A stretch of 62,948 nt of DNA, the filler included, from Basidiobolus ranarum (taxonomy: Eukaryota): NCBI GenBank assembly GCA_040143965.1. It is 50 parts of 50 records of this genome, joined end to end, with 100 filler letters (N's around TTAATTAATTAA, not from the genome) between each part and the next. Parts side by side here need not be neighbours in the genome. Positions count along the whole stretch, not along the records: positions 37,910 to 39,069 come from JASJQH010006193.1; positions 39,170 to 40,329 come from JASJQH010006194.1; positions 40,430 to 41,588 come from JASJQH010006195.1; positions 41,689 to 42,847 come from JASJQH010006196.1; positions 42,948 to 44,106 come from JASJQH010006197.1; positions 44,207 to 45,365 come from JASJQH010006198.1; positions 45,466 to 46,623 come from JASJQH010006199.1; positions 46,724 to 47,881 come from JASJQH010006200.1; 42 more parts are not named here. One strand, 5' to 3'. The notes below the pieces were generated by a model. That model did no database searches. It saw nothing but the letters and a program-made list of their open reading frames with translations, and was not told the origin of the DNA. Of this stretch, positions 37,810 through 50,395 are shown piece after piece. Both the position numbers and the translations under genes were made by a program. The stretch's first letter is position 1. Every line of letters begins with the position of its first letter.

Positions 37810-38346
37810 NNNNNNNNNNNNNNNNNNNNNNNNNNNNNNNNNNNNNNNNNNNNTTAATTAATTAANNNNNNNNNNNNNNNNNNNNNNNNNNNNNNNNNNN
37901 NNNNNNNNNTTAATAGATGTTGACTAATGAGCGCATATCAGTTGAAGAATTAAGAAATAAGGATTTATCTTGAGTGAAAAGATGAGCTTTAATGTCCACT
38001 TTACGAGTGAAAAGATGAGCATACTGTATTCAAAGGAAATACCGCCAAGTGTCAAAGCAGATGATTAAAATTAGTACTATGTTCCCCATAATATCCCACA
38101 ATCCACAATACGAACATTGCATTCAAAAAGCAACACTGATGCAGAAATTTCGATCACCGGAATACTGAAGATTCATTCATTATGCATATGTCTTCAATAT
38201 TTTGTGACAGTGCAATACCAAATAGGAAAACTCGATAAAAGTAAAAGTGGGTTTATTGATCAAAAATTCAATTTATTCGCTACCGTTTTCTATAGGACAA
38301 CTCTGGGTATAGCTAATGGTAAATTCGCTCTAAAAGAATCAGCTGC

Positions 38347-38934
38347 TTAGTATTTGTTATAGTCCTTGTTTCCGCTATGACCACCTCCATATTTCTTGCC
38401 ATGTTCGTCGTAATCATCTCCGCCTCCACCACCGCCGTACTTTTTCCCTCTTCCTCCTCCGTGTTTGTAATCATCTCCATCCCCATCACCATTGCCATCA
38501 TAATCATCGCCACCGCCACCACCACCATATTTTTTTCCTCTTCCTCTACCATTACCATTACCATGGCCATCATATTCATCATCATCATAATCACCGCTGC
38601 CACCTCCATATCTCTTTCCTCCTCCACCGCCATGCTTGTAGTCACCTCCATCACCGTGACCATCATACTCATCATCGTCATAGTCGTCCCCACTACCACT
38701 TCCACCGCCATACTTCTTTCCTCTTCCTCTTCTGTGACCGTCACCATCATATTCATCATCATCGTAATCACCGCCGCCACCACCCCCGTATTTCTTAGTT
38801 CTTCCACTACCACCACCACCGCCGCCGTATTCTACACCCTTATAATTAGGGTCGTAAGAACGTTCGAACACACTGGCATTGATGGCTAGAGCCGTGGAAA
38901 GAACAATCAATAGTTGTGTAGTAGAGTATTTCAT
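38347..38934 (-). CDS. Secreted Gly/Asp/Tyr-rich repeat protein with six K[KR]-YGGG sites (candidate Kex2-processed repeat precursor)
   Basis: Complete 195-aa ORF; signal peptide; TATAAATAG ~40 nt upstream; CpG retained. Confidence 0.9.
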   Translation of the reverse strand: MKYSTTQLLIVLSTALAINASVFERSYDPNYKGVEYGGGGGGSGRTKKYGGGGGGDYDDDEYDGDGHRRGRGKKYGGGSGSGDDYDDDEYDGHGDGGDYKHGGGGGKRYGGGSGDYDDDEYDGHGNGNGRGRGKKYGGGGGGDDYDGNGDGDGDDYKHGGGRGKKYGGGGGGDDYDEHGKKYGGGHSGNKDYNKY

Positions 38935-39169
38935 TATTGTGATAATTTGTTAAGGTACTGAAAATGGTACTCTATTTATACTTCCGCAAGAAATGGTACC
39001 AAAAGATGCCAACAGGTAGATCTCAGCATGGTGAAGCGCTAATAATAGGATTCAAGCTTACCTGCACATNNNNNNNNNNNNNNNNNNNNNNNNNNNNNNN
39101 NNNNNNNNNNNNNTTAATTAATTAANNNNNNNNNNNNNNNNNNNNNNNNNNNNNNNNNNNNNNNNNNNN

Positions 39170-39245
39170 TCGTCTTGTTGATCGTGGAATTGCTGCTTCT
39201 ACTCTCCAACCTCTCTGGTGTCAGCGTTTCCCTGGCATGTGCTAG
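39170..39245 (+). CDS. Possible 3' end of an unknown host gene (RLVDRGIAASTLQPLWCQRFPGMC*)
   Basis: CpG-retaining, coding-like composition followed by AT-rich 3'UTR-like sequence. Confidence 0.35.
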
Positions 39246-39948
39246 ACCACCTGACGTCACTTATGTCACAGTTCGCCCTTCTACTTGGGCAAATTACATC
39301 GACAAGATATTCCAACAATTTTTTACATATTCTTTTTAGAGATCTAACGAAACTCTACTTGTAAAGCATAAAGAGATTACCGTGATGAAGCGAGGATACT
39401 ATACATTCTCATTTATAAAATAAAAAAATCAGTGTTTATAAATATATATCATGGCAGTTGTATATTTACCATATTTTTAGAGGATTCCTAGTTTGATTTT
39501 CTCTTTCCGTTGTCTATGTTAGTCTGTTGTAAAGGTTGGAGTTTAAAGATGTTTAGGGAAAGAGCCAAAGCAATCCGACATAAATACCAAAAGGCACTTA
39601 TGCCCAGCTCTGATATAAATTTGGACCTTCCTTTGGATTAGTTTATGTGACTCAGATATACAGATTTTTCATAATTGTTTGAGAAGGTCCAAACCTTGCA
39701 TATATAATCCCAGGACATTCCTTAATATACTCTACCTGCTTTTTTGTTTTCCTCTTGATAAACAATAAATATCAACTTTATACTGAATAAGTCAATAGTT
39801 AAGAACCATCAAGTCTTTTAGCCCTCCAAGCTACTACAAGCAAGCTCCCAAATCTTAACAGGCTATGAGTCCTGAGTCTGGAATCTCTGTAAAATCCTCT
39901 TCTCACATCTCCAGAATTTTTGCTTCATCTGAAAATTTAGACAGAACC

Positions 39949-40296
39949 TGTTAAAGTATTTGGGAGCCTGTTGGAAGTGGTTTGGAGAATTAGAGGAATT
40001 GGTGGTTTTCACTTGTTGATTTATTGAGTACAAAGTTGACATTTATAGTTTTGTCCAGATGTAAGCAAACTAACATGTAGAATGTGTTAAGGAAGGTCAC
40101 AGAAACATGTATGCTAAGTTTGGGGCTTCTAGTACAAGTTTGAAAAATCTATGTATCTGAGAACTTCTAAGTTGGTAAAAATATTCTAAGTAAATTCTGT
40201 TTGAGAATAATTGATATTATCTTAGTGAATTATAAGATAACTAAGTACTAAGTTATATATGACTATATAGGTGTTTAGGCAAAGCTAATTTCAACA
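39949..40296 (-). repeat. Copia LTR-A (3' LTR with PPT), inserted into an older LTR-A-like element
   Basis: TG...CA ends; PPT at 40297-40304. Confidence 0.9.
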
Positions 40297-40670
40297 CTCT
40301 CCCTAATCTAAATAGTCATATAAACTAACNNNNNNNNNNNNNNNNNNNNNNNNNNNNNNNNNNNNNNNNNNNNTTAATTAATTAANNNNNNNNNNNNNNN
40401 NNNNNNNNNNNNNNNNNNNNNNNNNNNNNAGGCTCTTTCTCCTTTGTAGAACCAGCTTCCCAGAGGTCTCTATCCTCAAGCTAAATTCATAGCTTGAATA
40501 TCACAGAACTGTGATTTTGACCATCTAACTGTTGAAGCATTTTGAGAGTTTGTTGGAAATGGTTTGGAGAACTCAAAGAATTGATGATTTTCACATATTG
40601 ATTTATTGAGTAGAAAGTTAACATTTATAGATTTTTCAAGAGATAAATAAACAAATATGTAGCATGTGTT

Positions 40671-41010
40671 TGTTGAAAATAGCATTGCCTAAACATATAT
40701 ATAGTCATATATAGCTTAGTACATAATTATCCTATATTGAACTAAGATATTACCCATTATTCACAATTGCAATATACTTAGAATATTTTTACCAACTTAG
40801 AAGTTCTCAGATATATAGATTTCTCAAAAGAAGCCATAAACTTTGCACACATGTTCCTGGGACCTTCCTTAACACATTCTACATGTTAGTTTGTTTACAT
40901 CTTGACAAAACCACAAATGTCAACTTTCTACTCAATAAATCAACAAGTGAAAACCACCAATTTCACTAATTCCCCAAACCACTTGCTGCAGGCACTCAAG
41001 TACTTTAACA
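40671..41010 (+). repeat. Copia LTR-A (5' LTR) with PBS at 41011-41022 and gag remnant
   Basis: TG...CA ends followed by GGTTATGAGCCC. Confidence 0.9.
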
Positions 41011-41253
41011 GGTTATGAGCCCCAAACTTGTACTCTCTGTAATGTTGACTTTGCAAATTTCTGGAACTTTTCCCTCTTCTGAAAAATGGCATAGAACCAA
41101 TTATTAAGTTTGGAAAATTATAGTCAAAATGCTGCTGCAAGAAAAGGACTCTGGGACACTGTTTTAGAAGAACAAAACAATGCAAATCTATCTGAAACCA
41201 AAGCTTTACTCCATGTTAACAAAGAACAAAGTGCCTTCAATACAATTTGATCT

Positions 41254-41588
41254 TGTTGTGCACCAACATACAAAGTTGTTTAAACTTACACCATATCTAT
41301 ACAACCTGAATGAATAACTGTTTAGTTTATCATTTTCACTAACTAGTCATCTGACCTTATCCAGTGACTTTATCATGTGACTTATCACATGACTAACTAT
41401 CTATTCTCTTATCCCTTCTATCAGATCATATGACCAATCACATGATCATTATCCAATCAGTATTAACCTCTGAGTCATCTGCCTAGACACAAGTCAATAT
41501 GAGTCACAAGATTCATAACCAATGATCTTTCACTGCCAAGACTTCAGCTGATGCATGACTCACTTATCTATCTATCTATCTATCCAAT
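41254..41588. repeat. LTR-like repeat family E (TGTTGTGCACCAAC start)
   Basis: Second copy with the same TG boundary at ~43895-44106. Confidence 0.65.
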
Positions 41589-44500
41589 NNNNNNNNNNNN
41601 NNNNNNNNNNNNNNNNNNNNNNNNNNNNNNNNTTAATTAATTAANNNNNNNNNNNNNNNNNNNNNNNNNNNNNNNNNNNNNNNNNNNNTGATACTATCTA
41701 GAAACTCCGGTTGGCGATGATTTTGATAAGATTACTTTCATCAAGTCAGAGTGAAATAAAGGCAATGATGATTAGATCCACTCAGAGTGAATGTTTAGTC
41801 ATAGTCACTTTACTAAAGCGATGTATGTCAAAGAATTCAAGTTTGTGTTGATAGCTTTTACAGCATAAGTAGTCCTTGTTTTCAGGTTCCTACTCATTGA
41901 ATATTGGCTGAATTAAGTAAGTAAACTGAGTTGGATATACATACTTGCATAGATCACTCAACAATTATTGATTATATATTCACCCATGTAGCACTGTATA
42001 ATAGAGTTTTTATCTGTGCACATGAATCAGACTCGGAACACTGTCATACCTTTATACTAGTGACTAACGTATGAGCATATAAACCAGAGCTTTATTATCA
42101 GCTGATCTGCCACTGTTGGTTAATATTGCATTCAGATTGCTGCAAGTAGTAATCATCACCAAACAAATGGAATCTAGCCAACTTTGCTTGTTCCTAGCTA
42201 AAAGCATCACAGTACTAGGATATTTCATCTAACTACCTTGCTTAAAATTTCTTCGCCTTCAAATGATGATCCAAATGCTCAACTGGTTATTGCTGCGTTA
42301 GTATCATGGACTTTGTTAATTTGTTTGCAAAGTACAACACTCGTCATATACTTTTTCTATTTTACTGGAAAAATTCACTTGTACTCATTAAAGAAATATT
42401 TCATATGAACAACAAGTACTAACAGTCACGTATAGTAGACCCAGAATATCCTCTCGTCTGTTGAAAATGTGAGCACCAATCTTCCTTTGTTGTATACACC
42501 AAGTTGTTTTTAAATCAGCCCAAACATGCACTCTGACATGAATTAAACTCGGAATACTGCCATAATGACGTACTAATGCTAGGAATTAAAGGTCTCACTA
42601 TTAACGGATCTCTCACTACTATTATTGTATCTGCAAGCGGATTTATGACCGAATCTTTTGAATTGATCACATTCTTGTAGCATTGCTACTACCAATTGTA
42701 TAAATATATACTCCTCAATGAAGTATGCTCCCCGGAAACTTCGATAAAAGTAACAATTTTAGTGATTTTCATCTAAAACTTTGGATTATTCACATGGGAA
42801 TTTCGATAATAAAAGTGGCACCTAAAGAGTAACATTCAAACAACAATNNNNNNNNNNNNNNNNNNNNNNNNNNNNNNNNNNNNNNNNNNNNTTAATTAAT
42901 TAANNNNNNNNNNNNNNNNNNNNNNNNNNNNNNNNNNNNNNNNNNNNTCTTCCATTGTGGGGGCTGGTGTAGACATAATACTTACTGTGTTGGGAGAGGG
43001 AAGTTTTAAAACCACAAGTTTCTCTAGGAATGATAATCACAATGCAATGTCCAACTTTTGGTTGAAGAAATGATTGGTGCCTTGACAAAAGAATATGCTG
43101 GTATCAATGTCCTTTGATCTTCATCAAGCACCAAAGCTTCTTTGATCAAAAACAACTGTAAACTCAACCAGTAGTGTCTTGACAAGGATGCACTTGGATC
43201 CTGATCAAATTGATGGAATATCTTCAGAAGTTCCTCACAAGACCAGCAACTTGGATTTTAAGTGCTTTTAACCATATTACCATATGGCTTTCTAATGAGA
43301 TTCCTGTTGTATTTTTTGTAGCATATTTTTTAACCACAATATAATCTCACTTACACAGTCCTGATTCTTGCTTATGCCTGTTTATAGCAATCAATTAGGG
43401 CCTGAGCATGTATGTATTTGATATACTTGCATTCAGTATGTATAACATTTATCATTAACAACCCAACTCTGCCAGCTATGATGGGAATCAAAAAATGTTC
43501 AAGCAATTGAGAGCCTGTTAGAAGTAGTTTAGAGGATTAGAGAAATTGGAGATTTTCACTTGTTGACTTATTCAGTTGAAAATTAACATATACACTTCTG
43601 TCAAGATGTAAACAATCGAATGTGTAGAATATGTTACTGAAGATTTCAGAAGCATATGTGCAAATAAAAGGCTGCTAGCACAGGTTTAAAAATTTTTAAA
43701 TCTAGAACTTCTAAGATGGAAAAGTATTCTGAGTTATTCTCCTAATCACTTCTAACAGCCTCCTAAAGTAATTTAACAACACCTACTTAAAAGCTCTTGA
43801 ATATAAAGATTTTTCAAACTTGTTTAAGGAGTTATCCAATATATAGATTTTTCAAAGAAGCCCCAAATATTGCATACATATTTCTGGGACCTTCTGTTGT
43901 GCACCAACATACAAAGTTGTTTAACTTACGCCATATCTATACAACTTGCATGAATATCTGTTTAGTTTATCAATATCGCTAACTAGTCACCTGACCTTAT
44001 CCAGTGACTTTATCATGTGACCTATCACCTGACTAACTATCTATTTGCTTATCTCTTCTATCAGATCATATGACCAATCATATGATCATTATCCAAACAG
44101 TATTAANNNNNNNNNNNNNNNNNNNNNNNNNNNNNNNNNNNNNNNNNNNNTTAATTAATTAANNNNNNNNNNNNNNNNNNNNNNNNNNNNNNNNNNNNNN
44201 NNNNNNTTGGGAGCCTGTTGGAAGTGGTTTGGAGAATTAGAGGAATTGGTGGTTTTCACTTGTTGATTTATTGAGTAGAAAGTTGATATTTATAGTTTTG
44301 TCAAGATGTAAACAAACTAATGTGTAGAATCTGTTAAGGAAGGTCCCAGGAACATGTGTGCAAAGTTTGGGGCTTCTATCGCAAGTTTGAAAAGTCTACA
44401 TACCTGAGAACTTCTAAGTTGGTAAAAATATTCTAAGTAAATTCCAATTGAGAACAATTGATAATGTCTTAGTGAGTTATAAGATAACTAAGTACTAAGT

Positions 44501-45465
44501 TATATATAACTATAGGTGCTTAGGCAATGCTAATTTCAATATTAACTTCCAAAATGGCTACTTTGCCCACTATTGAACAACCCTCCATAGAAATTTGGAT
44601 AGAATTATTAATATAAGGGAATTGCAGGCAGAGCACCATAATGATTTGTATGTGAACACAGGTAAAAGCTACAAAGTTGCTATACAGGGCATGACCAGCA
44701 ATAATGCTGCAATATTGCAATTAATGCAGCATTTGGAAGTAACTAGTCAACTGGCAGATAGTCACTCAACAATGATACAAGATCATCAGAATGCTGTACT
44801 TGAGCTACAGCAACATGCTACTCCCTCTGTCCCTTCTCATATGGGATTTCAATCTATTCCATATCATACATATGAATATCACCATGACAATCTAGTAGAG
44901 CACAATATGTGTCAGATCATTAAGCCAACATAACAGCCCAAAATTGCTCAGGCACATGAAAGTAGAAATCACATAGAACAACCACCAAACCAAAAGACTC
45001 TGAATGGCAGAGCTGCTGTCACTGGCTCTGATGATGAGTGGTTTAACATATTAGAAACTGTGTAGAATCTTGCCCAAAATCACCTTAATTTGAGCCAATT
45101 TTGGAAAAACTAAAAACCAGGTGTAACTCTGAAGGTTCTTGATATATTTCATGTGGCTCATTGTGGGTTTTTGCAAGCAAATGGTAATTGGGCTAGTAAA
45201 GGCCTATTCATGAAATATCTCACAAATATACACATTGATTAACTTGGAAAAGAAAGAAAAGCAGCTACCAAAGTACTCAAGGAGCAGCAAGTTGGTAAAC
45301 CCAAGGGAAAAGCAAAGGAGCCAGTGAGCTTAGGCTCTACTGTCCCACTTGCCAAATTCTTCACANNNNNNNNNNNNNNNNNNNNNNNNNNNNNNNNNNN
45401 NNNNNNNNNTTAATTAATTAANNNNNNNNNNNNNNNNNNNNNNNNNNNNNNNNNNNNNNNNNNNN

Positions 45466-46623
45466 TGACAAGGAACTATTAGCAACTATTGCTGCATTTG
45501 AACAATGGCAACAATACTTGGATGGAGCAAATCACACAATCACAGTCTATTGGGATCATAAAAATCTTTGGTATTTTAGTACAACCAAAGTTCTCAACTA
45601 TGATCAAGCAAGATGGTCATTATTTCTTGCCAGATTTGATTTTGTGAATATATATTGACCAGGTAGCCAGCAAGGAAAACCTGATGCCTTATCAAGCTGA
45701 GCAGAATATCAGCCTGAAGAAGAGGATGAGGCCTTTGGCCAACCAAATACTTCCCTGATGAAGCCTCACCAACTTCGAATTAGTGCAACTGCTGTTTTGC
45801 TGCATAGTTAAAGCACATTTCATGAAGACAATCACAAACTTCACTCTAAAGACCCATTTGTAATATGGATCAAGAAAGCCCAGGATACAACCAAAGGCCT
45901 GTCAAGTTCAAACCTCTACCACCATATCTCTATCTTCAATGATCTCTTGTTTTACAAGAAACACTTTTACATTCCAGACCACATTTCCAGACTCAAAATC
46001 ATGCAGGAAAGACTTGACTTGCCACTTGTAGGACACTTTAATATTGCCAAATCAGGTTTGTTGGCATACAGGTATTATTGGTGGCCTAAAATGTTTGCAT
46101 CAGTCAGACTTTTGTTTCCATCTGTGATACTTGTTTTTGAGTGAAGACTCCAAAACATCAGCCCTATGGCCTCCTACAGCCACTTCCAATTCATGATCAG
46201 CAGTGGAAATTCATATCCTTGGATTTCATAACTAATCTACCCTTATCTGCCAAATATGATTCAAATCTGGTAATTGTTGTACATCTAACAAAGATGGCCC
46301 ACTTTGTGCCCTGCAATAAGTCAACTGATGCACAACAAACAGCAGAATTGGTAACTTGAGTATCTTCCACCAACATGGATGCCCTGAAACAATCATCTCT
46401 GACCAAGGACCTCAGTTTGCTTCCAAATTCTGGAAAAGTCTCCTCCATACCTTGGGTATCTCTGCCAATCTCTCCACTGCCTTCCATATTCAATCTGATG
46501 GCCAAACACAAAGAGTCAATCAAGATTTGGTACAATATTTGCAATGCACTATCAACTATAATCAGCATAATTGGACCCAACTCTTGCCTCTTGCTCAATT
46601 TGCTTACAACAACTCTTATCATA
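45466..46623 (+). pseudogene. Ty3/gypsy RNase H and integrase (Tf2-like), decayed
   Basis: DKELLA...W..YLDG, DHKNL, QARWSL, GHF...YYWWP, ISLDFITNLP, IISDQGPQFAS.FW, DGQTQRVNQ. Confidence 0.95.
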
Positions 46624-46801
46624 NNNNNNNNNNNNNNNNNNNNNNNNNNNNNNNNNNNNNNNNNNNNTTAATTAATTAANNNNNNNNNNNNNNNNNNNNN
46701 NNNNNNNNNNNNNNNNNNNNNNNTTTCAACACTTGAGTTTATAAAAGTGGTAGTAGTGGTTTCTGTCATGCTGTAAAGGTTAGAACATGGGGCTCATAAC
46801 C

Positions 46802-47179
46802 CATTGGGAAAATATGGGCTGTTTGGAGGAACTTGAGAAAAGTGGAGTAGTGAATAGCTTTGTGAGATAATTGTTTATTGTCCAGAAATTAAACATTTAT
46901 ACCTTTTGGTGGAAATACAGAAAACTAGCACTGGGGTTGTGTTCAGAACATCTGTGGGAGTAAAATGAGCTATTTTTGGGGCAATTTGGACGAGTTTGAA
47001 ATTTCCAATATGGAATTGCTAATTCTAACATTATTAACATATATATATAATATATGTTCCAATTTTCAGCTAAGTGATATTTGACTAAGTAATGTTAACT
47101 AACTTATATGTGATATATGAAACAGTTAGGTGTATAAAGATAGACGTAATAAATATGATAAAGACAATAAACTTCAACA
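46802..47179 (-). repeat. Copia LTR-B (5' LTR) with PBS at 46790-46801
   Basis: 378 bp; matches 59606-59983. Confidence 0.9.
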
Positions 47180-48303
47180 AGTTCAACACTTTGAAAAGTA
47201 CCAGTTGAGGTTGGAGAGCAGTGAGTTTTATTTGCTGGTGTTTTGACTTGTTGAGAGGTGCCAGGTGTTGGATAAACTTCCGAATTTAGCACTCTTCCAA
47301 CTGGTGTACCCAGTTCCATGGTGAAATTAAGCTTTTTTGCCAGTATATCTGACTCTGGAATTGCAGATCTTTGTAATGGTGTGAAGAATTTGGTAAGTGG
47401 GACAGTAGAGCCTAAACTCACTGGCTCCTATGCTTTCCCTTGGGTTTACTAACTTCCTGGGTTAGGGTTAGGGGTTGAAAATAATGGTGTGAAGTGGGAT
47501 TTCTAGAGACTTTTCTTGGCCTGTTGGTGAAGAAGAACAGGCTTCTAAGGATTAGACAATGTGGGTTAGGGGGGATGAAAAGAACCAGATGGTGTGGACT
47601 TTATTTAGCTTAAATACAAATCTAAACAAAGTGACAATCAAGACATCAATCTTTTAAGATATTGTGACAATACTGGATCATATCTATACTTAACCTGATG
47701 ACCAATGTAATCAAGATGGGTTTTAATTTGGCCAGTTTTGCTATCACATTTGGATCGTGATTGAAAGATATATGTACTTAACATTATTTGGCTAGGGAAG
47801 GATGGACAACCAACAAGGACTACCACATAAATCTCCATGTAAAGTTGGGGGAATTGAGTGTAGAGCTTGATCTCCTTAGATNNNNNNNNNNNNNNNNNNN
47901 NNNNNNNNNNNNNNNNNNNNNNNNNTTAATTAATTAANNNNNNNNNNNNNNNNNNNNNNNNNNNNNNNNNNNNNNNNNNNNGCTTTGTGAGATAATTGTT
48001 TATTGTCCAGAAATAAAGCATTTATACTTTTTGGTAGAAATACAGAAAACTAACACTGGGATTGTGTTTGGAACATCTGTGGGAATAAAATGAGCTATTT
48101 CTGGGGCAATTTGGACAAGTTTGAAACTTCCAATATGGAATTGCTAATTCTCACATTATTCACATGTATATATAATATATGTTCCAATTTTCAGCTAAGT
48201 GATATTTGACTAAGCAATGTTAACTAACTTATATGTGATACATGAAATAGTTAGGTGTATAAAGATAGAAATAACAAATATGATAAAGACAATAAACTTC
48301 AAC

Positions 48304-49138
48304 ATATTTTAAACACAGATCCACAGTGCCTTTCAAATATCTGAAAATCTGCTTAACTGCTATGATTTGACCAGATCCATAATTTTGAAGATATTGGCAT
48401 ATAGCTCCCACAGCATATGCAATATCTGGCCATGTTCCAACCATGATATATATCAAACTACCAGACCAAGATTGATAAAGAAATTACTGGCTTTAATTTG
48501 AATCCAAGAACATCTGATTTGAGCCATTTTTGGTCAAGTCAAGATTTGTCTCCATTAGTGTAGATACAGGATTACATTCTTCCATTTTTAGCTTCTTTAG
48601 TACATCTAGCATATACTAGAACTGGTTTAAAGTTATTATTTTGGTAGTTCTATCTATCTTAGTTTGGATTCCAAGATAGTACATCAGTTCACCAAGATCA
48701 GTCATTTTGAATTTGCCAGATGAGCTGGATTTGCCTTTCTCCAAAGTCTTCAAATCATTGGTTGCTATAATAAGGTCATCTACATATATGGTAAATAAAA
48801 CTGGGTTAGTCTTATCTGGCCTGAAGTAGATACTATAGTCAGCATAACTCTTTTGGAATTTGAGTGTTCCCACAAAAGTATCTATCTTGCTATTAGAAGT
48901 TCATGGAGATGGTTTTCAGCCATAGAGTGTTTCCAGGGTCAGCCAACTTTTTTAGGGCTTTTTAAGTCCACAAATCCTTCTGGCTGGTCCATATAGATCT
49001 CCTCAGCAAGTTCACCATTCAAAATAGTAGTTTTAACATCCATTTGATGTATAATAAACTGATACTTAGCTGAAATTGCTAAAATCAATCCAATTGAATT
49101 AAAGTTTTCTACAGGAGCAAAAGTTTCTGTATAATCTA
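48304..49138 (-). pseudogene. Copia reverse transcriptase
   Basis: ETFAPV, QMDVKT, IYMDQPEGF, IYVDDLII, PDIAYAVG. Confidence 0.95.
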
Positions 49139-49448
49139 NNNNNNNNNNNNNNNNNNNNNNNNNNNNNNNNNNNNNNNNNNNNTTAATTAATTAANNNNNN
49201 NNNNNNNNNNNNNNNNNNNNNNNNNNNNNNNNNNNNNNTTTGGAATCTGAAACTATCTATCAACATTATCCAAATTTAGAAAATGTCACATCTGGGACAA
49301 GGTCTAAAACATCATCCACCAATGAATATATGACAAAGCTCAAATCATTACCAATCCCTGTGGTGAATATTCCTAGCAGAAAACCAACAAGCAATAATCC
49401 TGTCTTAAACTTCACTACAAGTACTGCAACCAAGGAGAACAAACTATT

Positions 49449-50395
49449 AGACTTGTTCCATCGGACCAGGTCAGATTGTGCCACTTGATCCAGCCTGCTA
49501 GTACTCCATCTGGTGCGATCTGTCAATTACCATGGCTGGGTTCTATAACACTTGATTGGACACTATAAGGAACAGTATGGCACTATCCCACCACAATCGG
49601 ACACAATGCTTTTTTTAGAGATATTGTGCCAGCCCGTACCAAGTTACACAATTTAGTATTGCTGATTTACAATTTGGGGTAACTGACCAAGTAAATTCAT
49701 CCCCTAGTTTGTAACTTACAAATTACTGAATGTGTAACAATAAACAATTTATACTGTAACTTACCCAATCAAATGTATAACCAAGACATTCACATGTTTT
49801 TAGGCCAATCATTTGTCCCTCACTAACACAGTATCCTGATTTTCAATTGGGCACAACAGCTCCTGCATTACAAAACACCAGTAGTTTTGGCACACCGGTG
49901 ACAAATCACAGCACTCGATGATGGATCAATCTGCAGTATGATAGTAGTGATCAGGATTGCTTGATTCATCATTTTTAGATCAGCAAATTATTTATTCAAT
50001 CATGTAAGCTTCTAATTGGGTGAAAATGTGAACGGATTGAGCCATATCAAGCCAATACGGCTGCTCAAGCTTTTTATTGACAGACATTTTTCATTTGATT
50101 GTAGTGAAATTGCTTGTATTAATAGGCTATCATTGATTTTTTTGATATATGACAATTTCATGCTATCAGTGTTTCATAAACACATAGGCAATTGTGATCT
50201 AACTAAAGCAATTTATGCTATATTTAACTGCAATCCATATCAATTTTGCATGATGCGCTAAACAGTAAAGATAGGATAATGTAAGTATTAACAAGAGTAT
50301 TCAGCAGTTGCCTAGGTTTGAAGCAGTACATGCTGATTTGCTTCTGTTACTTTTGTTGTCTCCTTGATATTTCCACGGAAGGAACTTTGCTTGAA
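49449..50395. mobile_element. Long member of the AGACTTGTTC-TIR family (one end only)
   Basis: The same terminus and subterminal sequence occur at 17499-17560 and 52611-52909. Confidence 0.65.

Noticed and set aside
38313-38889. Overlapping ORFs 38313-38819 (-) and 38377-38889 (+), rich in Val/Met or Ile/Thr/Ser
   Set aside because: Shadow frames of the Gly/Asp repeat gene 38347-38934
38347-38934. True enkephalin/opioid precursor
   Set aside because: The motif is YGGG, never YGGF(M/L); only the architecture is similar
24038-39069. Clustering of secreted-protein genes as an effector island or biosynthetic cluster
   Set aside because: The genes are on separate contigs that are adjacent only because of length sorting
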